DNA of 64,000 bases from assembly GCA_965644315.1 (NCBI GenBank), contig CBFFRQ010000066.1, forward strand, positions 310,001 to 374,000, read 5' to 3'. A program made the position numbers and the translations under genes. The notes beneath the pieces were generated by a model. It was not told where the DNA came from. It did no database searches and was given only the letters and a program-made list of their open reading frames with translations. Positions within the stretch are counted from its first letter, which is position 1. Each line of letters begins with the position of its first letter. This DNA comes from Caecitellus pseudoparvulus (taxonomy: Eukaryota > Protista > Bigyra: Bicosoecida). Below, piece after piece: positions 49,801 to 61,800 of this stretch.

Positions 49801-52800
49801 TTCACTCGTTTCTTCTTCCACCTGGGCAACGATAACCTGTACGAGTTCGTCTTGGGCAACTCCAAGGTTGGAGCCGTTGCGCGCGTGGTGTCACGCAACT
49901 CCCTGACAGTGTCCATGGGCCTGTTTGGTGGGTTTTTTGAGCTGGACTGCTTCAACACTGCTCGCATGTTCATGTCACTGCTCGATTTTGAGGTGAACTT
50001 CATCGATGCCAAGGCTGCCATTCACTTCGGCTTCGAGTTCCTCGGCCTGTTGCCACGCGATTTGACACAGCGCTTCACGCCAAACGCTCCAAACATGGGC
50101 CTGGCAGCGAAAACTACCGCACGACGTGCCATTGGCGAGGCACAGAAAGTTCAGTCTCTTGTGCAATCAGATGCGGAGCAGTTCCTGGACCTCTTTGTGT
50201 CTGCTGCTGATGAGCTGGTGAACGGCACGACTGAGTTTGTCGCCGTCCTGCCAGCGATGCAGGAGTTCGCACAGCAAGTAGACGTGTACGCGGACAGCGT
50301 GGATGACTTCCTGGGGGTCTCCACATTCCTGGAGAACTCCCGCGAACTCCTTGTCTTGATCGACGAAGCACTTCAAGCCAGCTCTACTCCCGACATGCTG
50401 GCCGACGGCAAGGCTGCCTTGCAAGGTGTCTCGTCAAGCTCACAAGCTGCAGCTGCGCTTGCTGGGCTTGCAGAGGGGGTGCTTCTGCAAGTCTCGCGCG
50501 CTGAGGCTGTGATGGACGGAGACGGGGCTGCCAGCCCGGGGCTCCCTGAGGTTGTCGCTCGCATCAACGCTGACGCGCGCATTGCAGCTGAAGCAGTGAA
50601 TCTTGCTGCTGACACTCTGGCATCCCTCCACGAAAAGATCTCAGCCATTTTTACGCCCGGTTTGCTGGATGATAGCATCGCTGCTGCGGACGATGCTGGT
50701 GCCGCGGTTCTTGCGCTGTCTTCAGACATGTACGAGGTCTACACTCAGCGCATGGACGCGATCCGCACCACCATACGCAAGTTCGCATCTCTGTTGGAAG
50801 TGGGGTCCTCTGCTGATCTGACTGTAGCGCCCACGGAGGCCATTCTACGAGCTGCAGCAGCAGAGCTGGAGGTGGGAGCCGAGGAGCTCATCCATGAATC
50901 GGCCCAGCATGTCGCTGACGTGCTTGGGCAGGCGGCTGCGCCCCTTGCTGAAGCCACAGCCCTGAATTCCCTAGAAAGCGAGCTCTCTCCGCTGCAAAGA
51001 CGGGACGTCCTCGAACAGCTAAATGATGAGGCATTGGGCGTCGTGGCCTCGTCCGAGGCCGCCGTGCACTCTTTCGTCTCAACGGTATTGGGCGGTGTCC
51101 TCCCCAACATGAACTTGGCCGAAGCGAGGTCAACCAGCTCCCGCGCCTTAACCACCCATGCAACTCATTGGCTACAGACACCTTTGATGCGATGGGCCGA
51201 TGCATCACATGCTGCCCTGACACACTTGCAAGGCCCAGTTCGACAGGGTCTGATTCTTCTTCGGGATACTCTTCAGAGTGATGCCGCTGAGAGAGCAAGC
51301 ATGCTACTGTCTGACAACCTCAACCAGCGGATGACCGTGCTTGAACCAGCATTGGAGACTGACATCGCCACCCTTCTAAACGTGACGCGCGCGTCATTGC
51401 TTGTGCAAGTGGCCGAGCCAGTGCGAGCACACACCCAGACTGAGTTTCTGAAACTGGTTTCTGACTTTGAAGCGTTGCGCTTGGTGGAGGACTTGGATCA
51501 GTATACACAAGCCGCTGAGCGCACTTCTGCTTCTCATGTGTTGAAGATGTCCTTGTTGCACGGCGCCGCTTTGTTGAATGGTGGGGCATTGTCGGATGCC
51601 TTGGAGGCCGGCCAAGGTGCTTTTCACTTCCGAACTAGGGAGCTTGTGGACAGCTTTCCTTCTGAGGTGCGGGCGATGGCGGAGTGCACTGGTTCTGCGG
51701 CAGGAGCGCTTGCCAACCTCATCGTCATGCGCGAGTCCCTGGAGCAAGAGGCGCGCGCAAGTTGCGCGCAACTGGAAGGCAGCACGTTCAACAATACTCC
51801 GGCTTGGCAGCACCTGGAGCCGCTCCTCGCTAGTGGCCGTTCAACCGGAACCCTATTTGGATTCTTGTCAACCCCACAGGCGTCACAGAAAGTGGACCAG
51901 GCCTTGGATTCCCTGCATTCCTGCTCGCACAGCACTTGCCTCGATGCATCTGATGTGCTAGGAATTGCTTCGACGACTAGTATGCTGTCCGATCTCGCTT
52001 CCACTCTGCCTTTGTCGGGCAGCAGCGGCGTTGCGAAAGTTCCTTCGGCCAGGACGATCGCAGCAAGTAGTATTTCTATGGCACTTCAGCCCATGTCCCG
52101 TGCCAGTCACCACAGAGTACGAGCACTGCAACTAAACCAGCTGCAAGCGGCTCTGGCGAGTATCTCTCTTGCGCTTCTATCAAGCAATGCCACTGCCCCT
52201 GTCGTGTTGCCCGGTGGTGGAACGTGCCTGGCGCCACAGAGTCGCTCAGAAGAATTGACAACGGCGGAGGGAGAAGCCAAGAAGCAACTTGTGCTGTTGG
52301 CAGCATCTTGTGCAGCCGGAGCTCATGCTGCAGCAGATACAGGGACGTTTTTTGTCCTTCCATTCCAGGCCGCGTGTGCGGTCTTGCATGAGCAGTTGGC
52401 CAAGGCAGGCTGTGAGTGGCCAGGCTCGCATGCCTCTCTCCTGGAGCAAACCTGGTCCATGTACGCACCGTGGAGCGGCCATGACCAAGAGTGGCTCCTT
52501 TCTTCACTTGCATCTCTTCAAATCGCCTCACACCATGTCGCTGCATCAGATGTGTCATCCACCGCACTCCTTAGCCTGTCTGAAGTGCTTCCAGGCATGC
52601 TGCAAGCCTACCCCCTAGCTGCAGTGCAGCTTTCGTCAGAAGCAGAGCAACTCATCCAAGATGGGATCTCTGCCAGCTCGGAGTGGGAGGTTGTGCAAGC
52701 TGGCCACAGCTTGATCAGCGCAGCAGAGGGCGCCAAGCATGCTGTCGCCGTCCTCCACAGGCTTCAAGCGGGCCGATCCCCGCCATCTGCGCCCACATCA

Positions 52801-55800
52801 TTTGCCGCGAACTGTGCACCTGAACCAGGGAACACTATGACCACCTTGCAAGCATGGGACCAGGAACGCCAAGCATTGAGCGCGATTCATGATGCTCATG
52901 CAGCATTTGCTGCGCTGGTTCGCGCTGCAGCTGGGGATATGGACCTGCCTGTGTCTCTTCCCGGTGCGGTCGCTGCCCAGGCCCACTTTGTCCAAGAGAG
53001 CCAGGACCTTGAAGAGCGACTTGCGAATCTCACGACAAGTACAGCCAGGAGCATCTCTTCTGTAGTCTGTTCTAGCCAGGTGCTCGTGCAAGGTGGCGAT
53101 GCTTTGTCGGTCCGGTCTGCTTTGTTGGACAGTCTTGAGGAGGACCTCGAGTGGCCCGACCTGCGGAGTTTGGCACTGAACAGCATCGTGGCAGTTGCAA
53201 ACTCTGATGCTGCGGCAAGCTCTTCTTCGAAGCTTCTGCGGGCTTGTGGCGCTAGCCTTGGCCACCCCAGCTCTTTGACCAGCCTGCAGAGCTCCCTTGT
53301 CTCGGCAAGCCTCCCTTCCGCCGTTGCTGAGGCGAGCTCAGAAGCCCTTGTGCAGCTTGCGGATGCAGTGCAGGCTGTCAGGGACCAGCTGACTTCTGTG
53401 CAGCAAGTGTGGGCGTCGATTGACCGTGCCGTCGCAGCTCTGCAATCCCTGAGCTTGTCTATTCCAACAGGACAAGCGACCGAACTGTCAGACGGGGCAC
53501 TTTTGGCTGCTGTGACCGCCATCTCAAGTGACGCAGTTTCGTTGGATGCACTCAGCTCACTGCCAGGTGCAGCTGCTCATGCCTTTTCCAAGCTTGCCAA
53601 CGCCTCCGCGGCCACCCACACCCTCCATGCCTCCCCCTCTTCTGGTTCAGCTTCTCTCGCAGCAGCACAAATTGAAGCTCTGCTTTCATCTAAAGAGGTG
53701 CTTGTGAGAGGCTTGGTAGGATTGAATGTCTACAGGACGCTTGAGAAGCTTGGCTCAGCAAGTGTGCTCATGGAGGACTTGGGTAGCGCCGCCTTGGCGA
53801 GTGAGGCGGCTGCGCAGCTTGCCGAGGCAATCTCCAACGGCGATTGGACTAGTGCTCAGTCCTCCAATGCTGAACTGCTTCCAGCTAGTACTAGTGCTGT
53901 GCCGAAACTTAGCGGCACTGAGGTAGAGGACGTCCTGAGATCCTGCAGTGAGTTGAGCTTGTGGTTGTCTGAGGGTTCGTTGTGGAATCAAAATGCCCAG
54001 GGCAACCTCGAGCACGCCACTCTGACCCTCTCAAAGGCACTGCAGAGCATGGGCGCTGATCTTCGCTTTTCTGTTCAGTGGCAAGCGGCTGCTCTTGAGG
54101 CTCGTGAAGGCGCGAGTCAGCGCTCGTGGCTATCTGAAGTGAATGCTTCCATTGCAGCTGGCCAAGTCTCGGGAGAAATGCTGTCAGAATCAATCGATAT
54201 GGCGAGCAAGTGTACTATGGGTCAATGTGATGCATTTAAGCGTGCGGTGCAGTCAGTGTCTGCATTCAAGCTGGTGGCTTCCCTTGAGCGATCTTTGTCG
54301 GAAGCGACGAGCGATAGAATTGCTGCAGATGTCCTCCACTTCGGTGTGGCTCCCTTGGCCTTTTTTGTGAACGTCTCACAGGCTGGGAAAAGCAAAGAAC
54401 TTGCATCCGACCTCTTGGCCGTCGTTACTCAGCCTGCGTCACTCTCGCTGGACCTGCCTCCCGCCCGCGTTTGGCCTGCAGATGACGTCCACACACTGCT
54501 CACGACAACTATGCAAGCGCTTGCTGAAGCCATGCAACTACAGGATCACCCGAACATTGTCTGGGCAAGTGCAAAGAAGGATTGGTATGGCTCCATGCTG
54601 CGCGCCTTTCACGAACCAGGCTCACGCTCTCACGCCTTGTCAGAAGCTGCCACAGTCACCGCCACTGGTGCTGCCTCTGCGGCAGTGTCAAAGGCCTTCA
54701 CAAACTCACACATGCTTCGTTTGACTTCCACTGAGAGCTCCAGTGACTTGATTTCACTTGTGCGGGACCTGCTGCGACAAACCATCGTGCCTCCGTCCGG
54801 CAGCTCTTCCCTGTTGCACCAAGCCACGTTGTCCTCATTGAGTGGAGAGGTGCTGAAAGACGAAAGTGATCCGAATGCTTCAGTCACTCCAGCTTGGCCC
54901 GCTGCGCCGGCCTGGGGTGTTCAGATCAGCGTGCTCCAACGTCGCATTGCTGACGTAGAAGCCAGCTTGGATGCCTCAGCTGGCCAGGGTGATGCAGAAG
55001 CTCTTTCCTTGCTTCTTGGACCCGAAGTACCGTCCCAGCTGGTCTCTACCATTGCCGAAGAGCTTCACCGTGTGGATCCTTTGTTGAAGCTTCAAGCGGC
55101 AGCTGACTCTGTTTTGGGCACCCTTGACTCGTTGGGGCTGCTGTTTGAATTTGAAAGCTCTCGCCCAGCTGAGTATGAGGCGGTCCGTGATGCCTTGCAA
55201 GCTGTCCAGACAACCACCCAGGCTGCGCTCTTGCAGCTTCCTTCACTAGTGAAGTGCTCACCAGACTGTGCCTCTGGGTACTCGGCAGATGGCGCGCTTC
55301 AAGTCAGCCCTGAGTTCATCAGTCAAGTGCACGGCGCAGTGGGCCAGGCCACGGAGGCTCTGCGTGCTGCAAGATCGGTGGTAGCACCACATTTAGCTGT
55401 GGCGTTGTATGCAGCTGTTCCAGCTCAGGAGCGTGAAGCGTTAGTGGAGGTAGCGGACGTGCTCATGGACAGAGGCGATAGCTCCTTCGAGCAAGCGCTG
55501 CTGGCTACCATGGTGTCTCTTCGCTGGATGCTCACCCTCCGTACGCTCATGTCCGTTCCTGAAGGTGACACCGATACCTTCAAGGAGTGGGCAGAGCGAG
55601 TCCCGTCATCTTGGCTTCTCCCTGCAGCCGGCACGCTTGCGGATATTGTTGCTTCACCAAGCGAAGGACCTGTAAAGCTGCTGCACAGGCTGCAAACACC
55701 CTTCATGCAGTCAGTTCCGGTACCAATGGTAGCTATTGGGGCACCTCTGCACGTTACCACAAGCTTGACCGATGCGCCGAGCCTTTTCGACGCAACTTGC

Positions 55801-58800
55801 CTCAGTTCGAGCTTCAGTGCGGGCCATCCTTTCAGTTTCGAGTACACTGCAGGCCAAGTTCTGCCCAACTTGGCTGCAAGCTCACCTAGCTTGCCAGGCG
55901 ACGCTACAAGGGCCAAGATGTTTGCTATGGTACATGCTTTGGTTGTGTCACTACCATGCCCAAGTTCCACAGAGGGTGCCACCATGTCCGCGCTGCCTGG
56001 CTTTTCTGCTTTCGTTGCAAGCATGAGCGAGGTAGCAGCGCCTGTGCTGGTGAACGCATCAAGTATGTTAGCCCAATCTGCAGCCTCGCTACAGTTGAAT
56101 AGCTCCGCCCAAGCAATTTTTCTGCGTGCCTCACACACGACGCGGCAGCTCTCAACCGTAGCTGGTTTCGAAGGGAGCCTCAAACTCCGTCAGAGCGTGG
56201 CCGAGGATGCTTCGTCACTGCTGGCGCAAGCAGCGGACATCTTGTCAGAACGTGGTTCTGTGGGCATGAGACCAGACTCTGAATGTGCTACTTCCATGCG
56301 TGTTTTGCCAGAGGCAGTCGAGGCAGACATTGCTGCTCCAGGCTTTGAAGAGCTTCTTCCTGCGGCTAACTTCACAGGCGCCTGCCCTTCACCCGAAAGC
56401 CTTGGAAGGATGGTTTCTTTGGCAACAAAAGCCATGTCAGCTGCACGCCTCATCGAGGCCAGTTCCGCTCGCGTGCGTCTTGGGGCACTCCTCGCCCTGC
56501 GCTCGGCTGTTAGCGATCCTGCATATGCGACCCCGTTCCTCTTCAGCACTTCGTTGAGCGGCTCTGAGACAGGTGTAGTTTCTCGCATTGTAGCTGCACT
56601 TGAGAACAGCCCCGCCAAGTCGCTACTCGAACTGGAGAGTTTGACCAGCGCACGAGCTGCACAGCTTGCTCGGCCAGGTCCGCTCTCACAGCTCGTGCTT
56701 GTATTGGGCTTGACTGGTAGCGGTAGCATTGATCAGCCTACGCTGGCGCAGATTCTTCTTGAGCAGAGCCCCATGAATAGTGTGTGGCCCATTATCTTGC
56801 ACGAAGAGCTGCCCAAGGACACATTCGGTGCACTAGCAGAAGCCGTCATCTACAGCGCTCTGGGCACCAGCATCCCTGAGGTTGAACTTGATGCAACCTG
56901 CATGTCAGCGCTTTCTTCCTTCACCCAGGGCCTGCCCCCTTCAGGTACCAGCATGTCTGTCCAGTGTCCTTTGACTGACGAAGGGCTGAACGGACTTTCG
57001 GCTGCAAGCGTGCATGCTTCAGTGGCTGACATCCTCCAGCACCGGTCTACGATCCGTACTGATTTCGCACACGAGCTTGCCCAAGCTCAGGCTGCTATCA
57101 GTAACTCCTCCCGGTCTCTGTCAGTATCTGTGGTGCTGCACGAACTCCGAAGTAGCGAAGAGGCTCTGAAAATGGCTGGCTTCGAATTTGCGGCTTTGCT
57201 CCACGCTGTGCCGAGCGCCATGCCAGGTTCTTCTGTGACAGACGTTCTCTTGTCCACTGCGGGGGCCATCGAGCAGGCATCTGTATGCAAACTGGCAGCC
57301 CATGTGCGTTGTCCTTCAAGTCTGACCCTCAACGCTTTGCACACGCTTGCTCGGGTGGTTGCCCAAGCTACCACCTTGGTGAGTCAAGTGCCTGTATCAC
57401 CACATGTATCGAGCCCTGCAGCTTGCGCTGCCCAAACGCTCGCTGCCTTGACCTCGGCCACCGGATCAGTCTCTTGCCAGACTGTCAAGGCGGCACGGCT
57501 GTCTACTTTGACCATGTCTGAGCTTTTGTCAGTCCAGGCAGCCGTCTGGGAGGGACCGAAGCTGATGGGCTCAGAGCCTTGGCTTATGGAATCTGCACCT
57601 GCTGGACTGCTGAGCACCTTGCAGCAAGTTGATGCGCTTCCATGGACGTTGTCACCGGAACCTGGGCTTTGTGCGTGCGCACAGGGCAGCAGTGTGCTGC
57701 GTTTCCACAACGCAACCGACTCTCATTTGACCGAGTTGGTGGACTCGTTGCTGAGCAAGTCTCCGGCCGACCAGCTGGGTGTTTCGGTCGGCGGAGGAAC
57801 GATACGCCTGTCTTTGTCACAAGCAACCGTGGGGCGAATCTTGCTTGTCGCCCCCCATGCCCTTGAAGTGCAGCAGGCAAAGTCGGTGCCAGCCCTCGCA
57901 CATCTCCCTAGCCCACCACCGGCTGGCAGTTCTCTCGGCTCTGGTGTGTCAGGGGCACATGTTGCTCCCTGGCGAGCGCTGCGGGCAGCATGGGATACTC
58001 TGCACTTGCAAGTGGAGCAATCGCTAGCGGCACCACTCCGTGAGGCAGCAGAAGCCGCTACTCTGCAAAGCGTGGCGCACAGCACAGCGCGGCTCCCTAC
58101 CCCTCTTGCAAGTGAGACTGCAAGGCACGCATTGTTGAGCAGCAAGGTAGCAGATCCGTCGCAGAATTGCTCTCTTGCGAGTTTCATTCCTTCTTCTGGT
58201 GTCCACATTTGGGCTGACCTGAGTTCTACCACGCAAGTAGATTCCACGCCTTCCCAGATGTGCACGGGATCTCTCATCGCAGCAGCTCTACAGGAGGTGC
58301 AGCTATCGGGCACATCGACCCCTCTCTCGCTTCGTGTGACAGCCTTGCTTAAGGATGCCGATTCGCTCCTGAGCGCAAGGGAACCTGATCACACCCCAAC
58401 TCCGGCTGAACAAGCTCATGCGCTGAAACTTGCCAGTCAGTTGACCACAGCAGCTCATACTGCGACTGCATTCAGTGGTAGTCTTGGGGCTCGTCTGGGG
58501 GCGGTGTCTTTGGCACTACTTCGCCCGGCTTTACTGCAGGATTTCGTGGTCACAGCAGCCCTGGATGCGGCAGCTGGCGTGCATGACACAGCGGCCGGCA
58601 CTTGGGAAGTGCTCATTTCTGAGACTGAGAGTATTGCGCTGCCTTTTGACAAGTCTATGCAAGCCTCTTCGCTTGCTGCTGAGCTGACTGTGGGTTTGGC
58701 AAAGAATGCGTCGGTCGCGGTGTCAGCAGCGGTGAACCCATCCACTCTGGGAGCGCTACTGGTAGAAGCCCAGGCATGTCGTGGACTTGATGACGCTTCC

Positions 58801-61800
58801 GCAGATGTTCTTTCAGAGGCATCATTTCTACTGGCATCAAGCTCGCTTTCTGCTGCGGAGCAGTCGCTGGCAGCGAGTGTGGCTCTTGCGTCCATGAACT
58901 CTGCACCAGCTTGCGTGCAGGAGGCGCTCGCCCCCTACAACGCAGTGCAGCTTCCGGCGCCCTTGCTACACGTGGCTCAACGTGCACTTGACACTACGAT
59001 CCTTCGAGCTGCATCAGCCTCGGCCCTTTCTTCGCGCGAGACAGTGGAGGCAGCAGTGAATGGTCAGGTCAACTCAGAGGACCTTGCATCTGCTCAGAGG
59101 GGCATCCTCAGTGCAGGCGACGAATGGGGCTTGACCCTGAGCTTCACTGCGCAGATTCTCCCCCATGACTTCGCTGGCTGCTTGGCACAGTTGCCCCTCT
59201 CCCACGCCTGCGCAACGCAGGCCATGTACAGCGCGGAACGTGACGCTCGCCAACTACACGCTCTTCTTGCAATAGACGGGGCAGTTGAAGCAGCAGGCAA
59301 TGCTATCCTGAGCATTCCTGCAGTCCCATTGCCCTTCTCATCTGCTGGCGCTTCTGCATCTGTTCTGGAGTCTGCGGTTGATCCGTTGAAGGGGTCCATT
59401 TCTGGTGCTGTCGCGACATTGCTGCAAGATTTCGTCTTGAGTGTCGGTTGCAGCGCCCAAGAGCCCCTGCGCCTTGTCCGAGAATCCTGCGAACATCTTT
59501 TGCTTCCACTGGACTCTTCCATCTCGAAGCCTGCCCAAGCACTGGCGGAAGTTTGCACAAAGCTGGCAGGTGTTCAGCAAGCACCAACTGCCCCTTGTTA
59601 CACTGACTTCGAGTCCACCAGTCAGAAGCTGCAGGCTATTTCCGAGGCCTTGCATTCAAACGCAACACTTCGATCTTCCTGGGCCTATTTTGCAGAGGAA
59701 GTGTCTGATGCTCTGGGCGGCTTGCTGGGACTGAACATCTCAACGTGGTCCAGCTGGGCGTCAGAGTTGGGCAACGATTCTGGTAGCGAAGTCTCGGAGT
59801 CTCTTGAACTCCTGGAACAGAGCATTTCAGATCTGGGTCTGCACGCCGGCCACGCTGTTGTGTTGCGTGGGGTTGGCTCACTGGACGGGATAATTTCAGG
59901 CGCAACATCTTTTGCCGATTCTGCTGCCCAAGCCGTTAAAGCCCTAGGCGAGGCAGCATCCAGTTCCAGTGCCTCCTCCAGCGACGCTTGGAAGCTTGCT
60001 GTTGAAGCTTCCTCCTCGTCATTGGGCCAGTCAAGCCTGCTGGCACCTTCCCTGCGCCACAGTCTAGGTGCGACCCTCCGGGCACGTAACACCACGATGT
60101 GCACAGAGGCTGAAGCAATCGGTGAAGTTCCTTGCGCCAATGTGACAGCAGTCTTGTTGAACGAGTCTTTGCGGTCAGCATTGGCCGTCCTGAGCCAATT
60201 CTCAGCCTGGCCGCTCTTGCAGCCGGTTGAAGCAGGGGAGCTCCACAGTGCTCTTGCTGATCCACTTCAACTCACATCAGACTACTCCCAGGCTGGGCTA
60301 CTGGTAGATCCGCGCGGTATCCTGGATTCCACTGTCCAAGTTCTGGCTTCGGTTGAGCATCTCGGCCAAGCTGCACTCCTCGCAGCTGTCTTAGGTCTGG
60401 CTTCCCACACCACGCAAGTGCTTGGTGTTGCAGCATCGGGACAGACAGCTGCTCAGCTGGCTGAGGCAGCCGTCCCCGCGTCAATATCTGCCTTGACTTC
60501 AGTGCAGCAAGCATTGGCACCATTGTCAGCGGTTGCAGATGTCAATATTCGCAGGATGTCGTCCGCCCAACTCAACCACTCTGTTGCTGTGGTTGTCAAT
60601 GTTCTGGAATCCTTCGAAGCCGCACATGCCTCCAGCACTTCCGTGCTTGGCGGATCCTTACCGCTTGCACTGAACAGCTCTTCCTTCAGTAAGCATGCTG
60701 TTGTGTCAGCTCTAACGACAATCAAGGACACTTTGAGATTCGCGGCGCTTGCCGCTCCTTCTCTTGCAACTGCTGGCGGTTTCTGGCACTCGGCTCCAGA
60801 GTGGCCTCAGGAATCGAGACTTCCAAGCCAGGCTGTGTCATTTGGATCGTCCGTTGCTCCCGCGGTGGCTTCTCTTGGCAATCTTTTGGTCCACAACCAG
60901 GCCCAAGTGCAAGCTGACCAAGTGCCCATTCTTGCGGGTGTGCTGCACGCGCTCGGTGCGACTTGGTCACACCACCTTGCCCCTGCCGTTGAAGCATCCG
61001 CTGGCCTAGAATGCTCGGTGCTCATGCATGACGCATTCCAGGCCTCACAAGCCTTGGTGTTCGCCTTGAACAACCCTCTGGCCGGTTCAACTGCGTCAAC
61101 TTCTTTTACAACCAGCATTGAGAAGCTTCACATGGCACGTGAACAAGTACAGCTGTGCCATGCATGGTATCTGCAGGTGTCTACTTCCCGTCAGTACGAG
61201 CTGGAGACCATGTTCGACGACCTTGCGGCTTTGCAGACATCCCTGCAAGATCTGCAGGAGTCTGCTACTTTTGAGACCACGACGAGCGCCCAGCTTCACG
61301 ATGTTACGGCAGCAATTACGCGTGTCCTGCAACTCCAAGGGAGTGCACAAGGCAGGAGGCTCGGAGACCTTGGACTTCACGACCTTGCTGCCCTATCTGA
61401 CAGGCTGAGTGTTGTGCGAAGTAGGCAGGCCAGCGCACTGCCTCTGCTTGCAACTCTCCCACTTCCCCAAGGATTGGCTGGGAGAGCTCTTTCGAGTGTT
61501 GTGGTGGGTTTGGGGAGTGTGCAGGCGAGGGGTGTGGATCTGGCTGGTGCTGCTGCACTTCTGGAGCTCGACAGCCTGCTTCGGCTTGAAACATCGCTGG
61601 GGGTGGTTCAGCGCTGTCGAAGTGAGTCCTTGGCGCCGGCTGCCAAGATCTTAGACTCTCTTGACGATGTATCATTGATCACTGACGATCTTGTGTCTGA
61701 CTCGATGGCATGGACCATGTGGCAGTGGGCTGAACTCGTGCCAAGCGCTGCACGCGGCTCCAAGTTGGTGGCCAGCCTGTCCCACCTGACCCGAACGCTT

